Made by a program: the position numbers and the translations under genes. The notes under the pieces were generated by a model. That model was not told the origin of the DNA. It saw only the letters and a list, made by a program, of their open reading frames with translations, and searched no databases. From an uncultured Spirochaetota bacterium (GTDB lineage: Bacteria; Spirochaetota; Spirochaetia; SZUA-6; Fen-1364): DNA of 64,000 nucleotides. The DNA lies in the NCBI GenBank assembly GCA_963734545.1, contig CAVTHO010000006.1:288001-352000 (forward strand), in the 5' to 3' direction. This document shows, piece by piece, positions 53,654-64,000 of the stretch (positions within the stretch are counted from its first letter, which is position 1; each line of letters opens with the position of its first letter).

Positions 53654-54751
53654 TCAATGGCCAGGACGCATCCGCATCGTGGTCTCCACGTCATAGAACA
53701 GGACCTTCTCGGGCTCGAAGGAAAACGAGACTGCCTGGTCGAGCTCCAGGCGCAGGCCCGCATCGCCGACTTTGAACACCAGGTCCCCCGCGCCCAGGGT
53801 GAGGGAGGCAAGGGTGAAATCTCCGAGCACCTCGAACGTGTGCACGCGGCTGTTGATGTACCCCGGGCGTCCCGCCGTCCCCACCAGCAGGTTCTTGGGA
53901 CGGATGCCGATGATGAACTTCGGCTTGTCGGGGACCGCAGGAAGGCGCAGGTCGCTCAGGGCCACTTTCTGTCCCGCGATCGAAAGCAGGTCCCGTCCGC
54001 CGTCTCTCACACGCTCGACGGGGAACGTGTTCATGGCCGGCTCGCCGACAAAGCCGGCCACGAAAAGGTTCTCCGGGGTATCGTAGATCTCCTCCGGAGT
54101 CCCGATCTGCTGCAGCTCGCCGTCGTTCATGACGATGATCCTGTCCGACATGGCAAGCGCTTCAAGCTGGTCATGCGTGACGAACAGGGCCGTGAGCTTC
54201 ATGAGCTTCTGCACCCTGCGGATCTCCCCGCGGAGCATGACGCGTTCGTTCGCATCCAGGTGCGAGAGGACCTCGTCCAGGAGAAAAACGGAGGCGGACC
54301 GCACCAGTGCGCGCGCGAGGCCGGTCCGCTGCTGCGCCCCGCCGCTCAGGGACGAGGGACGCTGATTCTTGTAGGCCGCGATTCCCAGGGAGTCGCACAT
54401 GGCGTTGACCTGGCGCTCGATCTCGCTCTCCGGGGTTTTTCGGATTCTCAGGGGATAGGCGATGTTCTCGAATACGGTGAGGTGCGGGTACAGCGCGTAG
54501 GACTCGAAGGCCATCGCGATATTGCGGTCGCCGGGCTCCAGCTCGTTCACCCTGATGCCGTCGATCAGGACATCGCCCCTCGATATCTCCTCCAGCCCCG
54601 CGATCATCCGCAGGGTGGACGTCTTCCCGCAGCCCGACGGCCCGAGCACGGAGATGAACTCCCCCTCGTTCACCGTCGCGGAGATCCCCTTCACCGCCTC
54701 GAAGTGGTTGTCGTAGATCTTCCAGACCTGTTTCAGCTCCACGGTTCCCAT
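53654..54751 (-). CDS. MalK-like ABC ATP-binding protein
   Basis: GPSGCGKT, LSGG, VTHDQ, C-terminal TOBE region. Confidence 0.92.
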   Translation of the reverse strand: MGTVELKQVWKIYDNHFEAVKGISATVNEGEFISVLGPSGCGKTSTLRMIAGLEEISRGDVLIDGIRVNELEPGDRNIAMAFESYALYPHLTVFENIAYPLRIRKTPESEIERQVNAMCDSLGIAAYKNQRPSSLSGGAQQRTGLARALVRSASVFLLDEVLSHLDANERVMLRGEIRRVQKLMKLTALFVTHDQLEALAMSDRIIVMNDGELQQIGTPEEIYDTPENLFVAGFVGEPAMNTFPVERVRDGGRDLLSIAGQKVALSDLRLPAVPDKPKFIIGIRPKNLLVGTAGRPGYINSRVHTFEVLGDFTLASLTLGAGDLVFKVGDAGLRLELDQAVSFSFEPEKVLFYDVETTMRMRPGH

Positions 54752-54752
54752 G

Positions 54753-55844
54753 CTATGCCCCCGCTCCGATCCGCTCGCCGCTCGCGCCGTCGAAAAGGTA
54801 CACTGCGCGAGGGTCCAGTCGGATGAACACGCGCTGATTGATGTCGAAGCGCGTGCCACGCGGCGTGAGGACCTTTACGAGACTGTCGCCAACCATTATG
54901 GAATAGACCCTCGTGTCCTCAATCTGCTCGGAAACGTAGACGGAGCCCTCGATGCAGTTCTCCTCCTCCCGCTGCTGGAGCGCCGCGGTGAAATGACGGA
55001 ATCCCAGAACTACTTTTCCGCGCGCCGGCCCCGCGGAAACGCCCCGCAGGGAGACATTGCGGTCCCCAAAGGACAGGACCAGCCCGCCGTTTTCCGCGCG
55101 GGCGTCCTCGAAGCGAACGAGGTTCATGGGGGGCTCGCCCAGCAGGGTAGCAACGAATATGTTGCGGGGACGGGAGAACACTTCCTCGGGAGGGCCGATC
55201 TGCACCACCTTTCCCTTGTTCAGGATGACCACGGAGTCCGCAAGCGCCAGCGCCTCGCGGTAATCGTGGGTAACGTAGATCATGGTCTTGCCGAGGTCCT
55301 TGTGGATTCGCTTGAACTCGCCCCGCATCCGGTGCCGCAGCTTCGCATCCAGGTGCGCGATGGGTTCGTCCAGGAGGTAGATTTCCGCGTCCCGGATGAG
55401 ACAGCGCGCGAGAGCCGTTCTCTGTTTCTGGCCTCCGCTGATCTGGGAAGGGAGTTTCTCCAGGTGCTCATCGATGCCCAGAAGCTTCGCGGTCCGCTTC
55501 ACCCGGCCATCCAGCTCTTCCCGCGCCACCTTGCGCACCCTCAGAGGCGAAGCGATGTTTTCGTATACGGAGAACGTCGGGTACAGCGCGTAGTCCTCGA
55601 AGACCATCGAGATGTTGCGCTCCTGCGGGCTGATGGACCTGAGACTGGCGCCGTTCCTGATGACATCCCCCGAGGTCTCCTGGAGGATGCCGGCGATGAT
55701 TTTCAGTGTCGTGGTCTTGCCTGCACCGGAAGGCCCCAGGATCACGGTGAAGCTCCCTTCCACGCAGGAGAAGCTCACGTCATCTATTCCCTTGACCCTG
55801 CTGTACTGTTTTATGAGGTTCCTGATCTCGAGGTAATCAGCCAT
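54753..55844 (-). CDS. MalK-like ABC ATP-binding protein
   Basis: GPSGAGKT, ISGGQKQR, DEP, VTHD. Confidence 0.92.
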   Translation of the reverse strand: MADYLEIRNLIKQYSRVKGIDDVSFSCVEGSFTVILGPSGAGKTTTLKIIAGILQETSGDVIRNGASLRSISPQERNISMVFEDYALYPTFSVYENIASPLRVRKVAREELDGRVKRTAKLLGIDEHLEKLPSQISGGQKQRTALARCLIRDAEIYLLDEPIAHLDAKLRHRMRGEFKRIHKDLGKTMIYVTHDYREALALADSVVILNKGKVVQIGPPEEVFSRPRNIFVATLLGEPPMNLVRFEDARAENGGLVLSFGDRNVSLRGVSAGPARGKVVLGFRHFTAALQQREEENCIEGSVYVSEQIEDTRVYSIMVGDSLVKVLTPRGTRFDINQRVFIRLDPRAVYLFDGASGERIGAGA

Positions 55845-56026
55845 CGCCGCGATCCTTTCGAGTCAGTAAAGAATGGCTTTCTAGATCGCGCTAGTATAGA
55901 GTTCGGAAAAGTCAAATGTCAAGCAAATTGATTTTGTTTCCTGAGAGAAGTAGAATACGACGGCATGATACGCCGCCTCCGGGCCGCCCAGCGGGCTCGG
56001 AGTCCCTTGCATGAAGGGAGGACACA

Positions 56027-57106
56027 ATGACAGGACGGGTCAGCCTGGACAGGAGCGCGTTCACCGACCGGGAGAGGGTCCTCTGCGAGGCGGGCAGCCT
56101 GCGAGCCGTGTCCTTCCTCTTCTCCACGGGCGTCGCCGGATTGCGTCTCGAAAACTCCCGCGGGCACATCGTCGTGCTCCCCTGGCAGGGTCAGCAAGTC
56201 TGGGACGCCGTCTTCGACGGCCGCCGCCTGACCATGCAGACCGTTTTTCCCGAACCCGTGCCCACCGTCCACCTGCTGGACTCCTATGGTGCGTTCCTCT
56301 ACCACTGCGGCGCTCTGCGCATGGGGAACCCCGGGCCCCAGGACAGTCATCCTCTTCATGGCGAGCTCCCGACGGCTCCCTACCAGGAGGCATGGCTCAC
56401 CTTCGGTGAGGACGAGGCCGGAGCCTGGATGGGCGTCTCCGGCGCGTACAGCTACGCGAAGGCTTTCGGCGACAAGTACCGTGCGGTCCCGACAGTGAAG
56501 CTCCACGAGAAGGGGACCGTGCTCGACGTCTCCATGACGGTGGAGAACCTCGCGCACTTTCCCATGGACCTCATGTACATGTGCCACGTGAACTTCCTGC
56601 CTGCGAAAAACGGGGAGATCATCCAGGCCGCGGGGTGGGACACCCGGGACATGACCGTGCGTTCGAGCATCCCCGCCCACGTCAAGCCGACCCCGCAATT
56701 CCTCGCGTTCATGGAATCGCTTTCGAAGAATCCCGGCGTCACGCGGATCATGCGGCCCGAGGACGAGTACAACCCCGAGATCGTCTTCTACATCCGCAAC
56801 CTCAAGCGGGACCCGGGCGGCATGACGCACATGCTCCAGAAGCACCCGGACGGCTCTTCGGACTACGTCGGCTGGGACCCGAAGGTGCTCGATCACGCGG
56901 TACGATGGATCCTCGTGCACGCGGACCAGAAAGTGATGGGCATGGCGCTGCCGTCGACATGTGATCCGGAGGGCTACACGGCAGAGAAGCAGAAGGGCAA
57001 CGTGCGCAGCATTCCGGCCCTGGGAAGCGTCACGTTCGCCGTCAGAGCCGGGTACCTGGACGCCGGGGAAACCCGGAGGATGGAATCCGCGATCCGTTCA
57101 CTGTAA
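56027..57106 (+). CDS. DUF4432/aldose 1-epimerase-like protein (DeoM-like mutarotase)
   Basis: LPWQGQQVWD, YG.F..HCG...MG.P...D.HPLHGE, YMCHVNF, ALPSTC.PEGY. Confidence 0.8.
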   Translation: MTGRVSLDRSAFTDRERVLCEAGSLRAVSFLFSTGVAGLRLENSRGHIVVLPWQGQQVWDAVFDGRRLTMQTVFPEPVPTVHLLDSYGAFLYHCGALRMGNPGPQDSHPLHGELPTAPYQEAWLTFGEDEAGAWMGVSGAYSYAKAFGDKYRAVPTVKLHEKGTVLDVSMTVENLAHFPMDLMYMCHVNFLPAKNGEIIQAAGWDTRDMTVRSSIPAHVKPTPQFLAFMESLSKNPGVTRIMRPEDEYNPEIVFYIRNLKRDPGGMTHMLQKHPDGSSDYVGWDPKVLDHAVRWILVHADQKVMGMALPSTCDPEGYTAEKQKGNVRSIPALGSVTFAVRAGYLDAGETRRMESAIRSL

Positions 57107-57136
57107 GACGTCCCCTGTAGCGATGGAGGAAGCAGA

Positions 57137-58058
57137 ATGGCCAGGCCGAGAATTACCGTCGTGGGAAGCAACATGGTCGATCTCATCACCTATATCCGCC
57201 GGATGCCGAAGGAGGGGGAGACCATCGAGGCCCCTCGATTCGAAATGGGCTTCGGCGGCAAGGGCGCCAACCAGGCGGTGGCGGCGGCGCTCCTCGGCGC
57301 CGAAGTGTGCATGGTGACCAAGGTCGGAGACGACCTGTTCGGGCCCAACACGAAAAAGAACTTCGAGCGCTACGGCATCGACACGAGCCACGTCGATATC
57401 GTGCCCGGAGTTTCGAGCGGGGTGGCTCCCATCTTCGTCGACGAGAAATCGCACAACAGCATCCTCATCATCAAGGGCGCCAACGCGCACCTCACACCGA
57501 AGGACGTGGACAGGGCGAAAGACAGGATCCTGAAGAAGCGACGTCGTGATCATGCAGCTCGAGATCAGCCTGGAGACCGTCTACCACACCATCGAGCTGT
57601 GCGCTTCGCGGAAGGTCCCCGTCATCCTGAATCCCGCGCCCGGGGACCCGGCGCTCGACGTGGGTAAGATTCGAAGCGTCTCCTTCTTCGCTCCGAACGA
57701 GACCGAGCTGCAGACGCTCACCGGCCTGCCGACGGGAAGCCTCGAAGAGGTGAAGGCCGCGGCGCGAACCCTCCTGGCCAAAGGGCTTCCGAAGATCATC
57801 GTGACTCTCGGGGAGAAAGGCTGCCTGCTCCTTACGGCGGAAGGGGAAACGCTCGTGCCGGGCTTCCGCGTGGCGAGCATGGACACCACCGGCGCCGGTG
57901 ACGCGTTCATCGGCTGTTTTGCCGTGTACTTCGTCGAGACCCGGGACGTCGCGAAAGCCCTGGAAACCGCCAACCGGTACGCGGCTCTTTCGACGATGAA
58001 GCCCGGGACGCAGAAGTCCTTCATTGACCGCAAGGGCTTCGAGGCGGCAGACCGGTAA
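57137..58058 (+). CDS. rbsK: Ribokinase/deoxyribokinase (PfkB family), frameshifted
   Basis: GSNMVDL, GGKGANQAVAAA, LNPAP, PNETE, DTTGAGDAF. Confidence 0.85.
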
Positions 58059-58157
58059 GGGGAAAAGGGGCGCGCCGCCGCCGTGCAGGACAGGCATTCA
58101 TCGCCCACTCTGAAACCCAGGGACCACCTCGTTCTCCTCCTCCCCTTTCTGCTTATC

Positions 58158-58362
58158 AAAGGCATCGGTGAGATCAGCTCGATCCCCACGGCTGCCGCTG
58201 TTGCAGGCGCGTACTTTGCGCGGGACGGAAAGCTCAGATCCAGCCTTCCTCTGGAGGGAACGCCGTACAGCAGGTGAGGACAATCGATTGATCGGGACAC
58301 GACCGTCCTTGTTTCCACGAGGGAGGTGTGCCGTTAACGGTTCGAGTCCGGCCTGGGGAGCA
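58158..58362 (+). repeat. Direct repeat copy 2: orphan xdh 3' end + spacer + tRNA-like 3' fragment
   Basis: KGIGEISSIPTAAAVAGAY..PYSR*, identical spacer, then GGTTCGAGTCCGGCCTGGGGAGC. Confidence 0.9.
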
Positions 58363-58369
58363 GGATTGG

Positions 58370-58404
58370 ACAGGCAGCTCCGGGATCCGGGGCTGCCTTT
58401 TTTG
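58370..58404 (+). terminator. Rho-independent terminator after the tRNA-like fragment
   Basis: AGGCAGCTCCGG-GAT-CCGGGGCTGCCT then TTTTT. Confidence 0.75.
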
Positions 58405-58482
58405 TTTCCCAGGGTGATCCTAACAACAGCGTCATCCGCGGCTATGTTGACCGCGGAGAATGGCGGCTCCTATAATGGATCG

Positions 58483-61138
58483 ATGTCCGAGCCGATATTG
58501 GCCACCAAACTCCATATCCCCGCGCCCCGGCCGAAAGCGGTCCCTCGCCCCCGATTGATCGAGCGGTTGAACGAGGGCCTTCACCAGAAACTGACGCTCA
58601 TCTCGGCCCCCGCCGGTTTCGGCAAGACCACGCTGGTCAGCGAATGGATCGCCGGCAGCAGGCAGCCGGCCGCCTGGCTTTCGCTGGACGAAGGGGACAG
58701 CGATCCGACCCGCTTTCTGGCCTATCTGGTCGCTGCGTTGCGGTCCGTCGCGGCAAATATCGGAGAAGGAATATCCGCCGTTCTCCAGTCCCCTCAATCG
58801 CCGCCGACGGAATCGATCCTGACGGCCCTGCTCAATGAAATCGCCGCCATCCCGGAAACCTTCATCATCGTCCTCGACGACTATCACGTCATCGATGCCA
58901 AGCCGGTCGAGGATGCCCTCGCCTTCCTGCTCGAGCACCTGCCGCCGCGGATGCACCTCGTCATCGCCACCCGCGAGGATCCCCGGCTGCCCCTGGCCCG
59001 GCTGCGCGCCCGGGGGCAGATGGCCGAGCTGCGCGCCGCGGACCTGCGCTTCACCCCCGCCGAAACCACCGAGTTCCTCAATCGGATGATGGGGTTGGGC
59101 CTCGCGGCGGAAGACATCGCCGCGCTGGAAACCCGGACCGAGGGTTGGATCGCCGGCCTGCAACTGGCCGCGATCTCAATGCGGGGACATGACGATGCCT
59201 CAGGCTTCATCAGATCGTTCACCGGCAGCCACGGTTTCGTTCTGGATTACCTGGTGGAAGAAGTCCTGGAACGGCAGCCCGAGAGCGTCCAGACTTTCCT
59301 TCTGCGCACGTCGATCCTCGAACGCCTGTGCGGTCCCCTGTGCGACGCCGTCCTGCCCGGCTCCTCCGCCTCCGGCCAGGCGACCCTGGAATACCTCGAA
59401 CACGCCAACCTGTTCATCGTTTCCCTCGACAATGAGCGGCGCTGGTACCGCTATCACCATCTTTTCGCGGAATTGCTGAGGCAGCGGCAGCAAAGGAACG
59501 CCGAATCGACGGCCGAGCTGCACGATCTGCGCCAGCCAGTGGTACGAAGACAATGGCCTGGAAATCGATGCATTCCACCATGCCGCCGCCGCCAACGACA
59601 TCGAGCGGGCGGAGCGCCTGATCGAAGGAAAGGGGATGCCCCTGTACTTCCGCGGCGCCATGGCCCCGGTCCTTCACTGGCTGGAGTCGCTGCCGGCCCC
59701 GGTCCTGGATGCCAGGCCTTCGCTGTGGGTGACGTACGCCTCGTCGTTGATGATGTCGGGCAAACCGGGCGGCGTCGAACCGAAATTGCAGGCCGCCGAA
59801 GCCGCGCTCACAAAGCGCCGAGCCGGACGGCACGACGCGGAACCTCGTCGGACACATCGCCGCCCTGCGGGCCTTGCTGGCCGCCACCCGGAACGAGGCG
59901 GAAACCATGATTGCCCAGTCGCGCCGCGCGCTGGAGTATCTGCATCCCGAAAACCTGTCCGTCCGCACCATCACGTCCCTGACGCTGGGGATCGCCCATC
60001 AGCTCCAGGGAGACCGCGCCGCGGCCGGCCGGGCTTTTGCCGAAGCCATGGCCATCGGCCAGGCGTCCGGGAACATGATGATCGCCGCGGCGGCCGCGTC
60101 CTCTCTTGGCCAGGTGCAGGAATCGGAAAATCAGCTCCATCAGGCGGCAGAGACCTACCGGCGCCTCCTGTCGATGGTCGGCGATCCTGCGCATATGGCT
60201 ACCTGCGAAGCGCACCACGGCCTGGCCCGGATATTCTACGAATGGAACGACCTGGATGCCGCCGAGCAGCACGCGCAGCAGTGCGCCCGACTGGCGCAGC
60301 AGATAGAATGCGACACACTCCGTTGCCTGCGAGGTGCTGCTTGCCCGCCTCAGGCTTGCGCGGGGAGATCCGGCCGGCGCGGCTGCCCTGTTGGCCAAGG
60401 CCGGCGAGACCGCCCGCGGGTCGAACTTCGTCAACCAGATCCCTCACATCGCCGCGGCGCAAGTACATGCGCTGCTTCACCAGGGCAATCCCGCGGCGGC
60501 CGCTCAGGTGGCGCAATCCCATGACATACCCATGAGCCAGGCCCGGGTCATGCTGGCGCGGGGGGACACCGCCGCGGCGCTTGCGCTTTTGGAGCCGATA
60601 CGCGGACAGATGGATGCAAAGTGCTGGCACGATGAGCGGCTGAAGATAATGATCCTGCAGGCGTTGGCGCTCCATGCGCAAGGCGATACGGACGACGCAC
60701 TGCGGCACCTGGGCGACGCGCTCGCGCTGGCACAGCCCGGCGGCTTCATCCGCATCTTCGTGGACGAGGGTCCGCGAATGGCCAGTCTGTTGTCCGAAGC
60801 GGCCGCGAACGGGATCATGCCGGACTATGCGACAAAGTTGCAGGATGGCATTCGAGGCCGAGGAGCGGAAGATCGAGGACGAATCCGATCCGCACCATTC
60901 CCAGGGCCTCGTCGAGCCATTGAGCCGACGGGAGTTGGAAGTATTGCGCCTTGTCGCGCAAGGGCTCTCGAACCACGAGATAAGCGAGCGGCTTTTCCTC
61001 GCCTTGAGCACGGTGAAAGGGCACAATCTGAAGATTTTCGAAAAGTTGCAGGTAAAAAGGCGCACCGAAGCCATAGCCCGCGCCCGCGAACTGGGCCTGC
61101 TGCGGTCGAAAGCACTAGAACTTCTTCATAACCCATAA
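58483..61138 (+). CDS. MalT-like STAND ATPase/TPR/LuxR regulator, frameshifted, probably leaderless
   Basis: ILATKL.IP..RPRL, APAGFGKTT, WLSLDEGD, LDDYH, TEGWIAGLQLA, C-terminal LS.RELEVL HTH; TTGACC-18nt-TATAAT ends 6 nt before the ATG. Confidence 0.9.
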
Positions 61139-61204
61139 AACAGTACCTCAAACAATACTTAAGTCTCTATGTCGCGATGCGGTCCCGCGGATAGTCTCCG
61201 CACC

Positions 61205-61429
61205 ATGATCTATCAGATCAGGATCAAGGGCCTTCTGGATCGTCAGTGGACGGACTGGTTCGGCGGCATGACCATCTCTCCGACGGAAGACGGCGACACC
61301 CTGTTGACCGGCCCGGTCGAGGATCAGGCCGCGCTGCACGGGCTGCTGAAAAAGGTGCGGGATTTGGGAATGCCATTGATCTCGGTCGGCCCCATCGAGC
61401 CCGACCGGAGGAGGGAAGCGATGAAGTAG
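61205..61429 (+). CDS. Small conserved protein typical of MalT-like loci
   Basis: YQIRIKG.L...W.DWF.GMTI..G.T.LTG.V.DQAALHGLL.KVRDLG.PLISV. Confidence 0.75.
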   Translation: MIYQIRIKGLLDRQWTDWFGGMTISPTEDGDTLLTGPVEDQAALHGLLKKVRDLGMPLISVGPIEPDRRREAMK

Positions 61430-61510
61430 AATCCACTGCCCGCAAGAATCAGTAGAGCAAACTTTCAAAAACAAACCAAGGAGGAAAAGAGATGACAAAC
61501 GAGCAAATCA

Positions 61511-61927
61511 ATGGATAGGAAAGTGCTTCTTTCCACGCTCTGGATATTCGCGATGTTCAATTATCTTTACGCGGATGTGTACACGCTGTTCTTCAATCCC
61601 GTGCTTCAGAAAGAATTGTGGCAGAAATTCGCGGAAGGATTCGCCGGCTCCATTCCAATCACCCAGGGATTCGTGTTGATGACAGCGGTACTGATGGAAA
61701 CGGCGATTGCCATGGTCATCCTGTCCCGGGTATTGAAGTATGGAGCGAATCGCTGGGTGAATATTATCTCCGGCGCATTCCATACTCTGTTCGTCTTCTG
61801 GTCGCTGATCGGGGACCCGGTAAGTCTTTTCTATGTCTTTTTTGCAGTCATAGAAATGGCGTGCACCCTGCTCATCGTCTGGCTGGCAATAAGGTGGAAA
61901 CCGGCGGTAGAGTCCGCGGTCCGCTGA
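61511..61927 (+). CDS. DUF6326-like membrane protein
   Basis: LSTLWIFAMFNYLYAD, NRWVNII, four TM helices. Confidence 0.75.
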   Translation: MDRKVLLSTLWIFAMFNYLYADVYTLFFNPVLQKELWQKFAEGFAGSIPITQGFVLMTAVLMETAIAMVILSRVLKYGANRWVNIISGAFHTLFVFWSLIGDPVSLFYVFFAVIEMACTLLIVWLAIRWKPAVESAVR

Positions 61928-62010
61928 TAAGACAAGACACAGATGCAAAGAGCCGGAATGGCGACAAACCGGCTCTTTGATTGCATACGCCACCATACTG
62001 GGAGGCATTT

Positions 62011-62199
62011 CGGCGGTAGAACGCCTCCTCAATTTCCCCGTCCAGCCTGTCCAGGTAGATTTGGTCGATCCGGTTCTGGAGCTTGGTGCCCGCAGCTCCG
62101 TAGCCCAGATTCTGAAGAACCCCTTCTACACGGGAGACTTCCTGTGGAACGGCGCCCCGATCATCCGCCAGATGTTCGAGCAGTACGCAACTGGGGAAG
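62011..62199. pseudogene. Scrambled remnants of a large serine recombinase gene
   Basis: 62011-62086 matches 30757-30832 (direct); 62091-62153 matches inverse of 31221-31283; 62153-62199 matches inverse of about 31356-31402. Confidence 0.85.
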
Positions 62200-62428
62200 T
62201 GCGGTGCGCGTCAGGAATCGACCGGAATACTCGAATACCTGAGGCTGTGGTGTGATGTCTCAATGCGGATATGTGAGGAGAACTACTCAGGTTGTCCCGT
62301 GCCGGGAAATCGGCGATTCAAATAAAACGGGGATTCCTGACGATATCACGGCCCCCTCCAGGCGGCGACTATGTGGCCATGACGTCGACGCCTGGCAACA
62401 GCCTGGACTTCGACGCAAGGAGGCTGTC

Positions 62429-62663
62429 ATGAGTCATTCGCTGGTGTGGATCTCAAACGCTGGTCTTCTCCGTGTTCCTGGGCGCAGTGATCCTCTTGAG
62501 CTGGATCAGTTTCGTACGGAAGATCATCACGGGGCGGCGTTCGCGCCAGGTTGAGGGGACCTCGTCCGTGATGGAATATCCACCGTCCGACGATCCCTAC
62601 ATGCCCTACATGCCCTTCATGCTCGAAGATTTCCTTTCCCACTTCGAGGACTTGGACTTCTGA
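62429..62663 (+). CDS. Small hypothetical membrane protein, probably frameshifted
   Basis: AAGGAGG RBS, hydrophobic stretch and acidic tail (ORF 62472-62663). Confidence 0.4.
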
Positions 62664-62681
62664 GACATCGAGGCAGAAGAC

Positions 62682-64000
62682 ATGGACCAATCCGAGTTCT
62701 CAGCCGTTGTCGAGCACTACTACGAGCATCCCGAGCCGGGACGCGTGGTCGATGCGCTGGAGTGGGTGGGCACCGTTGCCAGGCCGGAGGATGCGGTCGG
62801 TGTCGTCTACTTCTTCGCCCGGGTGGGAATGAGCAACCCAGGGATACTCAAGGGGTTTCGCGGGCTGCTGGAGAGAGGACCCACCGAGGCCGGGGAGTTC
62901 ACGCGGGCGGTCCTTCGACTCCTGGAAGGTCGAGGAACAAAGGCGGCGCTGCTCTCCGCGATCCGGGAAAGCGTGGGCGAGGAGACGCGGGCGCTGCAGG
63001 CTTCCCTGGCAAAACTGTCGGGGCCCTCGACTGCAAAGGCAGATCCGCCCGTGGTTGCTCGGATCGAGATGGACTGCACCTGGGGTGAGTTCTACCTCAC
63101 CGGGGATCCCCGTACCGTGCTGCCCATTATCTACGTCCTGGGCTGGCCGGACCTCCTTGGGGCGAAACTAGGCGAGTGGAAGCGCGCCCATTCCGCCGGG
63201 AGGGCGGCCAGACTCGTGAGAGCTCTGCGTGAGAGAGATTTCGATCCGAGCTCAGAGGACCTCGATCTGAGCGCCACGACCCTCTGCATGACGCCATCGC
63301 CGGACCGGTTCGCGGCCGTTTGCAGGGCGCTTCCGTTCCCTCTTGCGTCAGCGGACCTGCAATACATCGCGGCGAAAACCGCTGCGCTGTGGTCAGTGCG
63401 GTCACACGCGGAGAGCCATGCGAGGATTCGCCGCCTCTGCGGTGAGGCGGCAGTCGATGAGCGTGCCCGCCGACGCCTCCAGGAAATCCTCGCCGATCTC
63501 AGCTTTGCATGGGATTGCGACGATGACGCAGCGCGTGGAGCGTCTGACGCCCAGGTGGCGACGTTGGGCGCGCGGGATCTTGCCTGGTTGGCCTGTCCCA
63601 TGGACGCGGGTGCAGGCAGGTTCCTGGGAATCCCTGCTGCCCGCGAGGTCGCCGAGGTCTGCGCGAGCAACGTTCTGGCTGCTTCCTCTTACCTCACCTG
63701 GGTAGCGATCACCAGCCCCGGTGATGAGGGAAAACTGGAATACCGCATAGGGATCGCACACGGCGGACGGGCCCGGGTGGCGCGCCGGGCGCTGCCGGAC
63801 GACGACTACGATGGATGGGTCACCATCGGCGAAAGGCACTGGCCCTTTGGACTCATACCCAGTATTCGGGAACAGGAGACTCGTGAGACGCAGGCCTTGA
63901 GCGTTGAGAGGTTCGCAGAGGTGCTCAGACACGAAGAGCCTCGGACAGTCCAAACGCATTGTCAGGATGACGTGAGCTTCACGGTGCTCACCTACGTGCT
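62682..64000 (+). CDS. Hypothetical protein, runs off the window end
   Basis: Manual translation gives an open frame from ATG 62682 (MDQSEFSAVVEHYYEHPEP..DCTWGEFYLTGD..AALWSVRSHA) with no stop; absent from the track for that reason. Confidence 0.6.
   Translation, partial: MDQSEFSAVVEHYYEHPEPGRVVDALEWVGTVARPEDAVGVVYFFARVGMSNPGILKGFRGLLERGPTEAGEFTRAVLRLLEGRGTKAALLSAIRESVGEETRALQASLAKLSGPSTAKADPPVVARIEMDCTWGEFYLTGDPRTVLPIIYVLGWPDLLGAKLGEWKRAHSAGRAARLVRALRERDFDPSSEDLDLSATTLCMTPSPDRFAAVCRALPFPLASADLQYIAAKTAALWSVRSHAESHARIRRLCGEAAVDERARRRLQEILADLSFAWDCDDDAARGASDAQVATLGARDLAWLACPMDAGAGRFLGIPAAREVAEVCASNVLAASSYLTWVAITSPGDEGKLEYRIGIAHGGRARVARRALPDDDYDGWVTIGERHWPFGLIPSIREQETRETQALSVERFAEVLRHEEPRTVQTHCQDDVSFTVLTYV

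Noticed and set aside
63402-63959. Minus-strand 185-aa ORF
   Set aside because: Overlaps a longer uninterrupted plus-strand frame from 62682 that looks more protein-like.
1-64000. Frameshifts in about 20 genes as pseudogenisation or programmed frameshifting
   Set aside because: They are spread evenly over core and accessory genes, with intact motifs and no accumulation of in-frame stops; best explained by long-read indel errors.

Overview
GC-rich bacterial DNA; a Spirochaetia-like host is my inference from the BMP lipoprotein and the LA_2272-like surface protein. Many genes are split by single-base frameshifts, most likely long-read errors. Left part (1-30.3 kb), mostly metabolic: anaerobic purine catabolism and uptake (ygfK, ssnA, BMP nucleoside ABC transporter, selenium-dependent xanthine dehydrogenase), a cysteate synthase + CapB/SulA-like acyltransferase pair (candidate sulfonolipid synthesis), a DEAD-box helicase, a peptide-type ABC transporter with a molybdopterin oxidoreductase and an MttB-family methyltransferase, an AT-rich NYN nuclease insert with a switch-like leader RNA, and an ArsR-SRPBCC-GyrI operon. 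Right part (30.3-64 kb), a layered island starting at the xdh 3' end. A large serine recombinase (LSR) ends inside a tRNA-like att fragment. Two defence cassettes (STAND NTPase-nuclease; type I R-M with HsdR-S24 fusion and an ImmA/DUF4411 insert) are each bracketed by about 200-bp inverted repeats created by a 420-bp mini-copy of the element core. Further cargo: a TM-LuxR regulon, a sugar ABC + DeoM/DeoK-like cassette and a MalT-like module. The xdh 3' end/att sequence recurs at about 50.2 and 58.2 kb, and scrambled recombinase fragments lie at about 62.1 kb.
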